Translations under genes and position numbers: made by a program
Notes under the pieces: generated by a model
What the model was told of the DNA's origin: nothing
Databases searched by the model: none
The model's input: the letters and a program-made list of their open reading frames with translations, nothing else
Source of the DNA: a virus
Lineage: Duplodnaviria > Heunggongvirae > Uroviricota > Caudoviricetes
Reading direction: 5' to 3' (one strand)
Virus record (IMG/VR): IMGVR_UViG_2850796239_000011
Coordinates: 29,227-93,226 of that record
Length of the DNA stretch: 64,000 nucleotides
Part shown: piece after piece, positions 1 to 8,927 of the stretch
Layout: every line of letters begins with the position of its first letter
How positions within the stretch are numbered: position 1 is the stretch's first letter

Positions 1-24
1 CAGATTCCGGAAAAATCAACCTTG

Positions 25-846
25 TTACCTAGTTACCTTTTTTAACTGCCGCTCAGCCCATGCTTCTTCAATATCAAACCGGGTCACCAGCGCATCATAG
101 AATTTCTTAACTGTTTTTTCCCATGACGCGCGTGTTATCTGGTTTGTCACCTCGCATATAGCATTAAATGCCTCCGTTGATGGTAGTCTTTCATAGCCAC
201 GACCACCACAACGCTGGCAGTCTCTGATAACAGGCATACCACGTTTTACCGACTCTTCACGATGAATGGCGACACCACGCCCACGGCAATCCTTACAGGC
301 GGTGGAAACCTCACCCTTTCCGCCACACTCCGGACAGGCAACTTTTACCACCTCCCTGACTTTTTTCCATTCTTCCCAGTAAGACGGATACACACCTTTC
401 GTACACTTTGCCCATACCGGCGGCTTACCATCCGGATACTGGACCTTGTTTGTAAAAACTACGCTTTCAATAAATTTTTCCCCATAGCAACAAGGGCACT
501 GCTTTTTACTCGCTGCGCTGCGGGCATAATCCTCAAAAGCGTACGAAGCCATAATGCGCATCACTACCGGTTTTATTTCTGCCGGAAGTTTTCTCAACGC
601 CGCCACACGATCGCACCGACTGAGTGCATAATCAGCCAGTAATTCTGTTGCCCGCGCCCTGTCATTCATACTGATGCCCATTTTCCCCAGGAACGCAGAA
701 AACCCCATCTCAGCCCGATTCTGTGTCATGCCCTGCGCGGCCATCACATCAGTGATACTCAGCGCATCTTTTGACGTTGAGGCCGATGCATCGGTCAGGC
801 AAGGGGATTTTGGGGAGTAGTATTTCGGTAAATCTTCCAGTTTCAT
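25..846 (-). CDS. Late-gene antiterminator Q-like protein (273 aa)
   Basis: N-terminus and Cys-rich zinc-finger region align by eye with lambda Q (compare the 207-aa Q at 42836..43459). Confidence 0.85.
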   Translation of the reverse strand: MKLEDLPKYYSPKSPCLTDASASTSKDALSITDVMAAQGMTQNRAEMGFSAFLGKMGISMNDRARATELLADYALSRCDRVAALRKLPAEIKPVVMRIMASYAFEDYARSAASKKQCPCCYGEKFIESVVFTNKVQYPDGKPPVWAKCTKGVYPSYWEEWKKVREVVKVACPECGGKGEVSTACKDCRGRGVAIHREESVKRGMPVIRDCQRCGGRGYERLPSTEAFNAICEVTNQITRASWEKTVKKFYDALVTRFDIEEAWAERQLKKVTR

Positions 847-1217
847 TTTTTGACCTGCTCTTCATGCATTATGGGGTAAATCTTCACCCCCAGACGTCCT
901 CCAGATACTGGCTGACCACGAACGATATTGATTTCATCAAACTGCTCATCGTCCATTAACACTCCCGCATGTGTCAGTGCATCCAGTGGTGCTTTCAGGA
1001 TATTGTCCAGGTCACGACGGCGCTTATCCGGTGGCTCTGCAATAATCTTTATCGCCAGTCTTCCGGACAGGCTTAATTTCAGTCGCTGCTGACGGAAAAT
1101 AAGCGCCACATCCCGGCGATAACGCTCACCGGCTTTTGATACAAAATATGTGTTGTCACGACGTCGCCAGTAAGTATTCACCGTCGGCGGATAAGGTAAA
1201 ATAAACTCATGGCGCAT
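843..1217 (-). CDS. rusA: Holliday-junction resolvase RusA
   Basis: PYPPxxNxYWRRR and RRRDLDN motifs; paralogue of 43641..44003; 4-bp overlap with Q. Confidence 0.9.
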   Translation of the reverse strand: MRHEFILPYPPTVNTYWRRRDNTYFVSKAGERYRRDVALIFRQQRLKLSLSGRLAIKIIAEPPDKRRRDLDNILKAPLDALTHAGVLMDDEQFDEINIVRGQPVSGGRLGVKIYPIMHEEQVKK

Positions 1218-1474
1218 CAGCGCAGCACCTCCTGCACCAGTTTTTCAAACTTTCCGACTCTGGTTTCCAGCTCTGCCACACAGTCCACCAGCTCATCTAC
1301 TGCTTTCTGTGCGCGATGCTTCGCCTGCATCAGTTCCCGAAGCGCGGGTACCATATCTTTACGGATAGCATCTTTTGTTATGCCCGTTTTTTCGAGTTGT
1401 TCAGCATGACGCAGCATTTCCTGCGCGTGTTTACGCAATTGTTCAGGGGTAAAAGTCATTGTCTGGTTGTTCAA
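1217..1474 (-). CDS. Hypothetical small phage protein (85 aa)
   Basis: ORF tightly packed between DnaB-like and RusA genes in the operon. Confidence 0.5.
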   Translation of the reverse strand: MNNQTMTFTPEQLRKHAQEMLRHAEQLEKTGITKDAIRKDMVPALRELMQAKHRAQKAVDELVDCVAELETRVGKFEKLVQEVLR

Positions 1475-2862
1475 AAGAAACGCTCCATCTTACTGCTGTC
1501 AGTTCGTTTATTACTGTATCTGCGCGGATTGCCGGGCTTCATGGGAGTGGAAAGCACCCGTGCACTTTCCTGGTCCACAGGCAGAAAATGTCCGTTATAA
1601 AAACGCCGGTAAATCGTTCCCAGAGAACCGTTACGTTGTTTCGTGATATTGATTTCTGCGATGCCCCTGGCCTGCGTATCCGGGTTGTACACTTCATCCC
1701 TGTAAAGCATCAGAATGATGTCTGCATCCGCCTCTATTTCTCCGGAATTTTTCAGGTCTGAGTTCATGGGACGTTTATTGGGTCTGGACTCCACACCGCG
1801 GGAGAGCTGGCTCAGCGCAATCAACGGAAAACCACCGGATTTTGCCAGGCCTTTAAGCCCCTTTGAGATTTCACCCACGGCAAGGTCATGACGCCCCGTG
1901 GTTCGGGTTTTTATCAGCCCGAGATAATCAACCACCACCAGCGCCGTTTCCGGATGTTTAATCAGATGGTGTTTCGTTGTTGCGCATATCTCATCAATGG
2001 TCAGGTTCGCCTGGTCCACCATCCAGATATTGCGCCCGGTCATCCGCCCCACCCCTTGTGAGAAACGCGCCCAGTCTTCATCTTCAAAGTGAGCCACAGA
2101 TTTCAGGCGTGATACTGGCATCCCTCCAGCCGCAGACACCATACGTTCACCAATCTGGATGTTCGCCATCTCCATGGTGAACAGAAGCACACCATGCCCC
2201 TGCTCAGTCACCTTGTCGATGATGTCCAGCGCAAGTTCGGTTTTCCCCATCGAAGGACGAGCCGCAATAAATACCAGGTCGCCGGGCTCCATGCCGCCTG
2301 TTTTTGCGTCCAGTTCATCAATACCGGTCATCAACGTCCTGGATTTCTCCAGTCCCTGATTCCGGCATTCAACACGCTCAACCACCTCCGGAAGCACATC
2401 ATCAATATGTACCGACTGAATAACGCCCTTTTCCGTCGACAATGAGGCCATCATGTTCTGTGCATCCTTAAGAGCATCTTCAGCTGCTTCACAGGTATGC
2501 GCATCGCGTAATTTCTGTAATGCCTCGTTCAGTGTTTTTTCTGCATCGCGCAGTGCGGCATTGCGCCGCAACGCTGCAACATAGTGCTCCAGTGAAGACT
2601 TCACCCAGGTTTTACGCCCGGTATCAGTAATCACCGGGGCAAGTTCTGGCATCTCATTGCACAACAGCACAGGATCAATCACGCCGGACACACGGGCCTG
2701 TCTGCAGATGCCTGTGTAGATATCCCGGTACGGTCGTACAGAAAAAACGTCCGCCGGTAGTGTGGCCAGAATATCCATCACTTCAGGATCTGCTCCGCGC
2801 AGAAAGAACGCGCCGATGACAGCGCCTTCAAGGTCATCGTTACGCCATACTGGAGTTGTCAT
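1471..2862 (-). CDS. Replicative DNA helicase, DnaB family (phage-encoded)
   Basis: 463 aa; Walker A PSMGKTE, DnaB C-terminal motifs SQLSRxxExR and ITKQRNG. Confidence 0.9.
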   Translation of the reverse strand: MTTPVWRNDDLEGAVIGAFFLRGADPEVMDILATLPADVFSVRPYRDIYTGICRQARVSGVIDPVLLCNEMPELAPVITDTGRKTWVKSSLEHYVAALRRNAALRDAEKTLNEALQKLRDAHTCEAAEDALKDAQNMMASLSTEKGVIQSVHIDDVLPEVVERVECRNQGLEKSRTLMTGIDELDAKTGGMEPGDLVFIAARPSMGKTELALDIIDKVTEQGHGVLLFTMEMANIQIGERMVSAAGGMPVSRLKSVAHFEDEDWARFSQGVGRMTGRNIWMVDQANLTIDEICATTKHHLIKHPETALVVVDYLGLIKTRTTGRHDLAVGEISKGLKGLAKSGGFPLIALSQLSRGVESRPNKRPMNSDLKNSGEIEADADIILMLYRDEVYNPDTQARGIAEINITKQRNGSLGTIYRRFYNGHFLPVDQESARVLSTPMKPGNPRRYSNKRTDSSKMERFF

Positions 2863-3746
2863 GCAGCCACACCTCTGATACGAGAACGGTAACTGGGCCA
2901 GTTAAACGACAACCAGTTGCGTCCCCCGTCTGTGATCCTGTCGGCAATTCGGGGACTGATGAACGCCCACAACTCTTCCGGTGAGAGGTTACTGATCAGA
3001 ATGGTGGGCAAGATACTTTCGTACCTGGCGTTGATAATTTCCTGCAAAATAGCCATTTCAGCCGCGCTGCCAAACTGAACGCCAACTTCGTCGATGATCA
3101 GCAAATCCATTGACGCATAACGCTCAATAACTTCATCCGCTGTTTTTTCGCTGTCATTCCGCCAGCAATTTTTCACAGCACGGGTAAGGCGCATCACGTC
3201 GGTGATCTCCACACTGGCCAGATAGTTACGGATGATGTGTTTTGCCATAGCCACAGCCAGATGATTTTTTCCGGTACCACAACTGCCGGTCATAACAAGA
3301 CTGGTACCGTTCTCCAGCATATCTGGCCAGTTCTCCGCATAGCGGCGACAGGCCGCAAGATTTCTGGCTGCGTCAGGATTAACCTCCAGATAATTATCAA
3401 ACTCGCAGTCCCGAAAACGCAGGGCAATTCCGGCGTTATCAGTCAGCTCTTCCGCCTTGATGGACGACAGCTCCATGGTCAAATCGTTGGCCTCAGCGAT
3501 TAAGCAGTCAGGGCAGCATGAAATTTTTTCTCTGTCCTCGCCATTACGATCGCTCCACACCAGTATATGCGTGTGATATTCGCCATGTTTTTCGCAATAT
3601 CCGCGACCTTCACGCATCAGGCAGGAACGATAAGGCCATGGCTTTTCGCCCTTCTGAGCAAATGCAATCTCTGCCCGTAACTCATCCATTCGCGCCTGTA
3701 GTCTTTTTTGTTGTTCACGCAGGTTAAACGTCATCATCGCTGTCAC
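2859..3746 (-). CDS. DnaC/IstB-like helicase loader ATPase with N-terminal Cys cluster
   Basis: Walker A GSCGTGKNHLA and Walker B LLIIDEVG; overlaps DnaB start. Confidence 0.8.
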   Translation of the reverse strand: MTAMMTFNLREQQKRLQARMDELRAEIAFAQKGEKPWPYRSCLMREGRGYCEKHGEYHTHILVWSDRNGEDREKISCCPDCLIAEANDLTMELSSIKAEELTDNAGIALRFRDCEFDNYLEVNPDAARNLAACRRYAENWPDMLENGTSLVMTGSCGTGKNHLAVAMAKHIIRNYLASVEITDVMRLTRAVKNCWRNDSEKTADEVIERYASMDLLIIDEVGVQFGSAAEMAILQEIINARYESILPTILISNLSPEELWAFISPRIADRITDGGRNWLSFNWPSYRSRIRGVAA

Positions 3747-3747
3747 C

Positions 3748-4662
3748 TCAGAATGTCAGTTTGTCACTGGATTTACCGAATTTGTCAGACATGGCTCCCA
3801 GGCCAGCCAGGACATCGACCTGTCGCTGTCGCCCACCTCCGGGAGCGGCTGGCTGTTGCCAGAAGTCTTCGAAGTGACGATCGGGTCCAAAGAACGTCGC
3901 TGCCTGCTTCACGAACTGTGTGCCGTTATTTCCTGTGGCACGTATCCAGGCGGCATACCGCTTCACGCCATCAAGCATGGTCTCCGGTTTTATTCCCTCC
4001 CTGATACGGGCTTTCCAGGCTTTGAAGGCTGCGGATTTTGAGTTACCACCAGCACGTTTTGGATATTCCTGCCAGGCCTGTTCAAATTCCGGTGAATATT
4101 CCTGTCGGGCAGAACGCGCTGGTGCAGACGCGTCAGCGGATGCGCCAATAGTGTTTTTACTCTCTGTAGTATTCTCTGAAGTAATCTCTGTTGTATTCTC
4201 TGTAAGATCGAAATTGGTTTTCCCTTCTCCGCGGCGAGGGGTTTCCCGTGTCCGCGGTGAAGGCTTTCCCTCCTCCGCGAAATTGGGTTTTACAGTTTCC
4301 CGAAAACGGGTTTCCCCATTTCGGGAAAACTGATTGTTTTCATTGATAATTTCATTAAGGCGCTCACAATCTATACGGTAGAACATTTTGTGCTCAAGAC
4401 GCTTGTTGGTTTCAACCAAAATGCCTCTGGACACAAGATGCTTACGCGCTACAGCCTGTTGTTCAAATGTAAGTCCGGTTTCGTGTTGTATCTCTTCACG
4501 CGTTTTATGTACGCCTTCCGCTGCATGTGCTTTATCCTGCCAGTAAAAAATCTGACCAAAGAAAATAACAGCGTGCGGACTTCCCATGTATTTAACGAGC
4601 CCAGGGTAATAAGCAACCGGATGTCCAAAATCGAGCAGAAGATCAGACGGACGCATAGCCAC
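3748..4662 (-). CDS. Replication initiator (lambda O-like) containing the origin
   Basis: Position upstream of helicase loader; internal iterons and AT-rich tract; repeated peptide (ENTTEIT) encoded by the repeats. Confidence 0.7.
   Translation of the reverse strand: MAMRPSDLLLDFGHPVAYYPGLVKYMGSPHAVIFFGQIFYWQDKAHAAEGVHKTREEIQHETGLTFEQQAVARKHLVSRGILVETNKRLEHKMFYRIDCERLNEIINENNQFSRNGETRFRETVKPNFAEEGKPSPRTRETPRRGEGKTNFDLTENTTEITSENTTESKNTIGASADASAPARSARQEYSPEFEQAWQEYPKRAGGNSKSAAFKAWKARIREGIKPETMLDGVKRYAAWIRATGNNGTQFVKQAATFFGPDRHFEDFWQQPAAPGGGRQRQVDVLAGLGAMSDKFGKSSDKLTF
4165..4360. repeat. Putative replication origin: TTCTCTG x3, five ~22-bp TTTCCC...TCCGCG iterons, AT-rich tract
   Basis: Direct repeats read directly at 4170..4206 and 4218..4331, followed by AT-rich 4332..4360, inside the O-like gene. 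Confidence 0.5.
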
Positions 4663-4876
4663 CTCCCAGGCGTTTAAACATTTTTCCGGACTGAAACGCC
4701 ACCAGCGGATAACTCAGGGTATGAGTACGTCCCTGAACCTGGCAGACAACCTTCTGGCTTTCTGTATTGACCAGGCAAACCCGCAGAACGTGGCCGTTGC
4801 TGGTGGTGAACCACTGCCCCACTCGGGGGCAACGGTTGTATCGGTGATACAGGGAATTAACGATGCGGCGAATCAT
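4643..4876 (-). CDS. Hypothetical small protein (77 aa)
   Basis: Start overlaps stop of upstream Rha gene (ATGA); overlaps O-like start by 20 bp. Confidence 0.4.
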   Translation of the reverse strand: MIRRIVNSLYHRYNRCPRVGQWFTTSNGHVLRVCLVNTESQKVVCQVQGRTHTLSYPLVAFQSGKMFKRLGGGYASV

Positions 4877-5436
4877 GGACGCACCTCCTTGTCAGAACCA
4901 TTCAGCCTGGAATCAACAAGTGCAGCACCAAAAACAGCATCACCTACACGGTCGTACAGTTTGCTGGCCAGCGGAGATTCAACAGCCTTAAGCATTGGGT
5001 AAAGCTGGCTTGTCCAGATTTGATGGATTTCACGCAAATGCAGGTATACGCCTCTGGCGTTTTGTGCGACAGATGACATGTCAGCCGCACCAGCTCCTGA
5101 TAAGCTCCTCTCCATCTGGTTAAAGGCATTGATGTATGCCTCTTTGAACCGGGCGGCACGTTTACCAGTGAAGCCCATAGCAAGGAAGGCGAAGCCGTCG
5201 CGGGTGATTTGGTAGCAGGGAAGTTTGCGAGTACCGCCGTTGGGCTGGCGTACCAAAATTGATGTCTCCGCAAAATTGCGGGCACAAAACTCTGGAGAAC
5301 AATCCAAAATGCGGATCTTTTTCAGAACATCGTCATGACGTTTAGAGAAGAAGTTGGCAACAGCCAGGGATGAAGTAACAGCCTGACCATCAACGATGGC
5401 AATTTCAGGTTGAGTGAGGGTTGGGATCGTAGCCAT
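4873..5436 (-). CDS. Phage regulatory protein, Rha family (187 aa)
   Basis: Rha-like N-terminal motif TSSLAVANFFSKRHDDVLKKI; only the 3' 187 codons of track ORF 4873..6735 are protein-like. Confidence 0.8.
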   Translation of the reverse strand: MATIPTLTQPEIAIVDGQAVTSSLAVANFFSKRHDDVLKKIRILDCSPEFCARNFAETSILVRQPNGGTRKLPCYQITRDGFAFLAMGFTGKRAARFKEAYINAFNQMERSLSGAGAADMSSVAQNARGVYLHLREIHQIWTSQLYPMLKAVESPLASKLYDRVGDAVFGAALVDSRLNGSDKEVRP

Positions 5437-5733
5437 GATGGCAGCCTCTTTGGTGATTTTTAATAACTCACCACCAAAGCTTCTCACGGCAATAGGTGGT
5501 GAGACGTACAGGGGTGAGAAACCGGTCACCAAAGAACCCGGCCCAACCGAAGTTGGCCCTGCACGCCCCACCATAATTTGGGCGTAATGCTGCTCATGAC
5601 ACAAAAAAACCGCAAGAGCGCGGTTGTGCGCTTTGGTGAATTCCGGGTTCTCACGCCCGGCACCCGCTTTATAAGGTGCGGAGACAGTGTAACGTCCCGA
5701 AATTGCAGAATCAATATCAAAATGTTGTAGCTG

Positions 5734-5772
5734 TGGACAACGCGAAGCCTTGTTGTTATTGTTTACAACAAG
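5734..5772 (+). promoter_or_regulatory. Putative promoter (-35 TGGACA, -10 TATTGT) overlapped by inverted repeat CTTGTTGT-N8-ACAACAAG
   Basis: Read from sequence; 17-bp spacer; palindrome 5749..5772 overlaps the -10; lies 20-60 bp upstream of 5791 start. Confidence 0.4.
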
Positions 5773-5790
5773 AACCAGAGGAAGCTTTAA

Positions 5791-6078
5791 ATGCCATCCA
5801 GACTGTATAAACAGTTCATCCGTCATCTCGGTGAATCTGAATACATACGAATCCGCATATGGGAAGTGGAGCCTGCTGTATTGGGTAGCCAGCACAACTA
5901 CAAATACAGCATGGCTTATGTCGTTGATGGCATGTGTGTGATGCGTTACGACAACGAACGGGGTAAAGGCGATCACAAACACATTGGTAGTCAGGAAGTC
6001 AGCACCAGCTTTGTCACCATTGAACAACTGCTCGCTGATTTTCTGGCTGACGTTGAATCCATCCGCAGAGGTATCTGA
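5791..6078 (+). CDS. TumE-like toxin candidate (DUF6516-like), 95 aa
   Basis: Motif YKYS...RYDNERGKGDHKH recalled as the DUF6516/TumE signature; good RBS GAGGAAG; stop followed by partner start one base later. Confidence 0.55.
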   Translation: MPSRLYKQFIRHLGESEYIRIRIWEVEPAVLGSQHNYKYSMAYVVDGMCVMRYDNERGKGDHKHIGSQEVSTSFVTIEQLLADFLADVESIRRGI

Positions 6079-6079
6079 C

Positions 6080-6439
6080 ATGAGAACCGTAACAATCCGA
6101 ATCGAGTCAATGGATAATTTCACGGCTGATGTGCTGTCTGCGTTCCAGGAAGCAGCTACCGGAGCAAAAGCAACCAGAGAAAACGTTATTTCATTTCCTG
6201 ACTGGCAAATGATGCATAAGGTACTGACACCAAAACGCATGGACATTCTGATGGCAATGACTGGTGCCGGAGAAATGTCCATCCGAAAAATTGCAGCCCT
6301 GGTTGGACGTGATGTAAAAAGCGTGCATACTGACGTGACCGCACTCATCAGCAACGGTTTACTGGAAAAAAGCGAGCGCGGAACGTCATTCCCGTATGAC
6401 GACATCCACTTTGATTTTACGCTGGGCAAGGCGGCGTAA
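6080..6439 (+). CDS. Winged-helix DNA-binding protein (HVO_A0114-like), putative antitoxin/regulator
   Basis: LTPKRxxIL...SIRKIAALVGRDVKSVHTDVxxL...PYDDI pattern recalled for partners of DUF6516 proteins. Confidence 0.55.
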   Translation: MRTVTIRIESMDNFTADVLSAFQEAATGAKATRENVISFPDWQMMHKVLTPKRMDILMAMTGAGEMSIRKIAALVGRDVKSVHTDVTALISNGLLEKSERGTSFPYDDIHFDFTLGKAA

Positions 6440-6460
6440 TTTTTCGTATATACCGTGCCG

Positions 6461-6637
6461 TCATTCCGGCGGCGCTTCACACTCCACAAAATCACGCCTG
6501 AACAACCACAACGGGCTGAAACATTCATATGGATAACCATCACGCAGATAAATAACCCGCTGTGTTTCAGGCTCCCAGCGTATAACGTGGACGCGGCGCC
6601 CTCTGCCATCACGGAACCAGCGATTGAGGACTTGCAT
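6461..6637 (-). CDS. Small phage protein, DUF4222-like (58 aa)
   Basis: Translated by hand: MQVLNRWFRDGRGRRVHVIRWEPETQRVIYLRDGYPYECFSPLWLFRRDF...; below the 60-aa ORF-track cutoff. Confidence 0.5.
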   Translation of the reverse strand: MQVLNRWFRDGRGRRVHVIRWEPETQRVIYLRDGYPYECFSPLWLFRRDFVECEAPPE

Positions 6638-6656
6638 AAATTACCCGTAAACATCG

Positions 6657-7370
6657 TCACACCTGCCAGCCAGTAGCCTGAAACAGGCCCATTCTCGGGT
6701 GATACCAGCGGGTACCACGCTGAACGGCACCACACATCATGTGATGAAACGCCTTCAGAAACGGTTCCACAGCAACAATTTCACGACGTGCCAGTAATCC
6801 ATCTGGCGTCAAAAATTCATGAGTGTCTGTCGGGATGTTGTATGCATTTACAAGCGTGCGACATTTCGCATCTGACATACCGGTTTTTGCTTTCAGCTGG
6901 CGATATCCGGCATAGCCCTCACGAATGGTACCCTTTTTGATTTGCTCAACTGTTTCGGCAACATGGCTGACTTTTTCTTCCACCTGAGTGATCCGTTTCT
7001 GCTGGCGAACGGCTTCAAGAGCCATCGCGGCAACCATTTCGATTTCGCTCATTGGCTTACGGATCTGTTCTTCCAGTTCGCGCCAGCGATCTACCAGGCG
7101 AGCAGTGAATTCAGGACAGAGCTGTGCGACGACAATGATACTGTCGCGCTTACCTTGTTCTCCTTCAAACAGGTAATGCTCATATTGAACTTTAAAACCT
7201 AAGTTATTGATTCTTTCGGAAACCTCAATTTGAGGAGACCGGACAACGCCACCTTTGGCTAATGTTTCAATAGTGCGTTTCACATTGTCATGACGCTTAC
7301 CCACCAGTTCTGCGATCTCAACGCTGGTCATGGATGCTTTGTCGTTAAAAATTGCGGTGTTCACTGCCAT
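6657..7370 (-). CDS. Phage antirepressor (Rha/KilAC-type), 237 aa
   Basis: N-terminal block matches paralogue 44350..45018; start reassigned to ATG at 7370 with RBS TAAGGAG. Confidence 0.8.
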   Translation of the reverse strand: MAVNTAIFNDKASMTSVEIAELVGKRHDNVKRTIETLAKGGVVRSPQIEVSERINNLGFKVQYEHYLFEGEQGKRDSIIVVAQLCPEFTARLVDRWRELEEQIRKPMSEIEMVAAMALEAVRQQKRITQVEEKVSHVAETVEQIKKGTIREGYAGYRQLKAKTGMSDAKCRTLVNAYNIPTDTHEFLTPDGLLARREIVAVEPFLKAFHHMMCGAVQRGTRWYHPRMGLFQATGWQV

Positions 7371-7504
7371 CTCCTTACGGATAAATTCTTTTAAGATTCC
7401 GCACATTCGTACTTGTTGGTGCCGAACCTTCCTTCAGTTATCCTTTTGATCCCTATAAACAAAAGAACCAAAGGAGGTTCGACATGAAAGTTCAGGCCGT
7501 TGGT

Positions 7505-7837
7505 TTATTCTGGTTTCGCGATGCTATTCAGTATCATGAGTTCAAAAAGATTTTTACTGATGCAGATGTGCTCTCCGACAGTTACACCTAGTGGAAACAC
7601 GACGCTGAAAAATTGATTAAGCGTGTCGAAAGAAGCGGGCAACGAGTTATTAAAGTTGAAGCGGATACAACCGAGTTCATCACCTGGTGTACAAGCGAAG
7701 GCATTGGACTCAATGCCAAAGGTAGAATGCAGTTCGCATCCTTTAAGGCTTACCAACAACTTCTCAGCGAACGCTAATGTGATTGGGGCAATCGAAATGG
7801 TTGCCCCATCGTATTTAATAGTTATTTTTTCGCTCAT
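7505..7837 (-). CDS. Hypothetical protein in cII position (110 aa)
   Basis: Directly downstream of cro-like gene in the same operon; no recognisable cII motif. Confidence 0.4.
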   Translation of the reverse strand: MSEKITIKYDGATISIAPITLAFAEKLLVSLKGCELHSTFGIESNAFACTPGDELGCIRFNFNNSLPASFDTLNQFFSVVFPLGVTVGEHICISKNLFELMILNSIAKPE

Positions 7838-7847
7838 ATCACCACCA

Positions 7848-8057
7848 TCACTTCTCATCCTCTGTGTGCGCTAAGCTTGGATGTGTATATGGAATGTTCG
7901 GATCCAGATGGCAGAGAATGGCAACATCCTCCGGAACGCCCCGCGTTTTCCACTTTCCAACTCCCTGACTACCACGAGGCTTTCCTTTCTTTGGAAACCT
8001 GCGGCCAATAGCGGCATTGGTTTTAAATTGAGTTTTTAATATTTCATAAAGGGTCAT
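7848..8057 (-). CDS. Putative Cro-like early regulator (69 aa)
   Basis: Divergent from cI across an operator-like region; sequence not a canonical Cro. Confidence 0.4.
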   Translation of the reverse strand: MTLYEILKTQFKTNAAIGRRFPKKGKPRGSQGVGKWKTRGVPEDVAILCHLDPNIPYTHPSLAHTEDEK

Positions 8058-8168
8058 TCTTTAGCCTCACACCGGATACTCTGTTATCCAAGAATGTTAA
8101 ACATGAGAATCCAAAGTATCAAGATATTCTGTTACTTTAGTATCAGCAGCCATGAAAGGAGAAGAAAA
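8058..8168. promoter_or_regulatory. Divergent immunity control region (OR-like) of prophage 1
   Basis: Intergenic between cro-like and cI; palindrome GGATAC-N4-TTATCC at 8073..8088 and repeated AAGTATC motifs. Confidence 0.45.
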
Positions 8169-8825
8169 ATGAAATCTTTAGGTGAACGCCTAATCAACGC
8201 ACGACAAAAAGCTGGGTTAACGCAAGATGCGTTGGCTAAAAAAGCAGGGGTCACCAGAGTTGCAATCAGTAAAGCCGAGCAAGGCCTTACAAAAAGTTTC
8301 AACGGTGACACCCTTTTTAAAGTCGCAGCTGCACTGCAGTGTTCACCGCAGTGGCTTCAGAACGGAGATGAGAAAGGTAAGCATTGGGAAAATAATGTTA
8401 AGAGTTGCCCCCAGAGGGACACAGCACACTCTTACCCTGTAATTAACTGGGTTCAGGCAGGATTATTCACAACTGCAGGTGATGACTACAACATGTATGA
8501 TCAGGATAACTGGAGGCATTCTGTAAAATACGCTGGTGAGAGGGGGTTCTGGCTGGAAGTGCACGGAGACTCAATGACTTCGCCTATAGGAATAACATTT
8601 CCTGAAGGAATGTCGATCCTTGTCAACCCAGATAAAGAAGTTTTTTCAGGGTGTTACGTCATTGCCAGAAAAAAATCCACCAATGAAGCAACATTCAAAA
8701 AATATATTTCTGAAATGGGAAAGGCGTTTCTAAAGCCCCTTAATCCACAATACCCAATCATAGAAATGGACAATGATTGCGAAATAGTAGGCGTTGTGGT
8801 TGATGCCAGATGGGATATTTTCTGA
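8169..8825 (+). CDS. CI-type repressor (HTH + LexA/S24 peptidase domain)
   Basis: N-terminal HTH, C-terminal HGDSM serine and KK lysine motif; RBS AAAGGAG. Confidence 0.85.
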   Translation: MKSLGERLINARQKAGLTQDALAKKAGVTRVAISKAEQGLTKSFNGDTLFKVAAALQCSPQWLQNGDEKGKHWENNVKSCPQRDTAHSYPVINWVQAGLFTTAGDDYNMYDQDNWRHSVKYAGERGFWLEVHGDSMTSPIGITFPEGMSILVNPDKEVFSGCYVIARKKSTNEATFKKYISEMGKAFLKPLNPQYPIIEMDNDCEIVGVVVDARWDIF

Positions 8826-8852
8826 CCAGATACAAAATACAAAAAGAAACCT

Positions 8853-8886
8853 AAGTATCAAAAACACTTGCAACACCTTGATACTT
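8853..8886. promoter_or_regulatory. Operator-like inverted repeat AAGTATCAA-N16-TTGATACTT (OL-like)
   Basis: Perfect 9-bp arms read from sequence, immediately downstream of cI and upstream of 8928 gene. Confidence 0.45.
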
Positions 8887-8927
8887 TAGTTACCATAAAA
8901 CAAAGTTCGTAACTGAGGTATCATCTC

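Noticed and set aside
4165-4331. Possible CRISPR array suggested by direct repeats
   Set aside because: Repeats are ~22 bp, contiguous without spacers, and inside a coding region; they are origin iterons.
5437-6735. Upstream 433 codons of the 620-aa minus-strand ORF 4873..6735
   Set aside because: Only the 3' 187 codons (Rha family) look like protein; the rest is antisense to the plus-strand TumE-like/wHTH pair and partly overlaps the small gene at 6461..6637.
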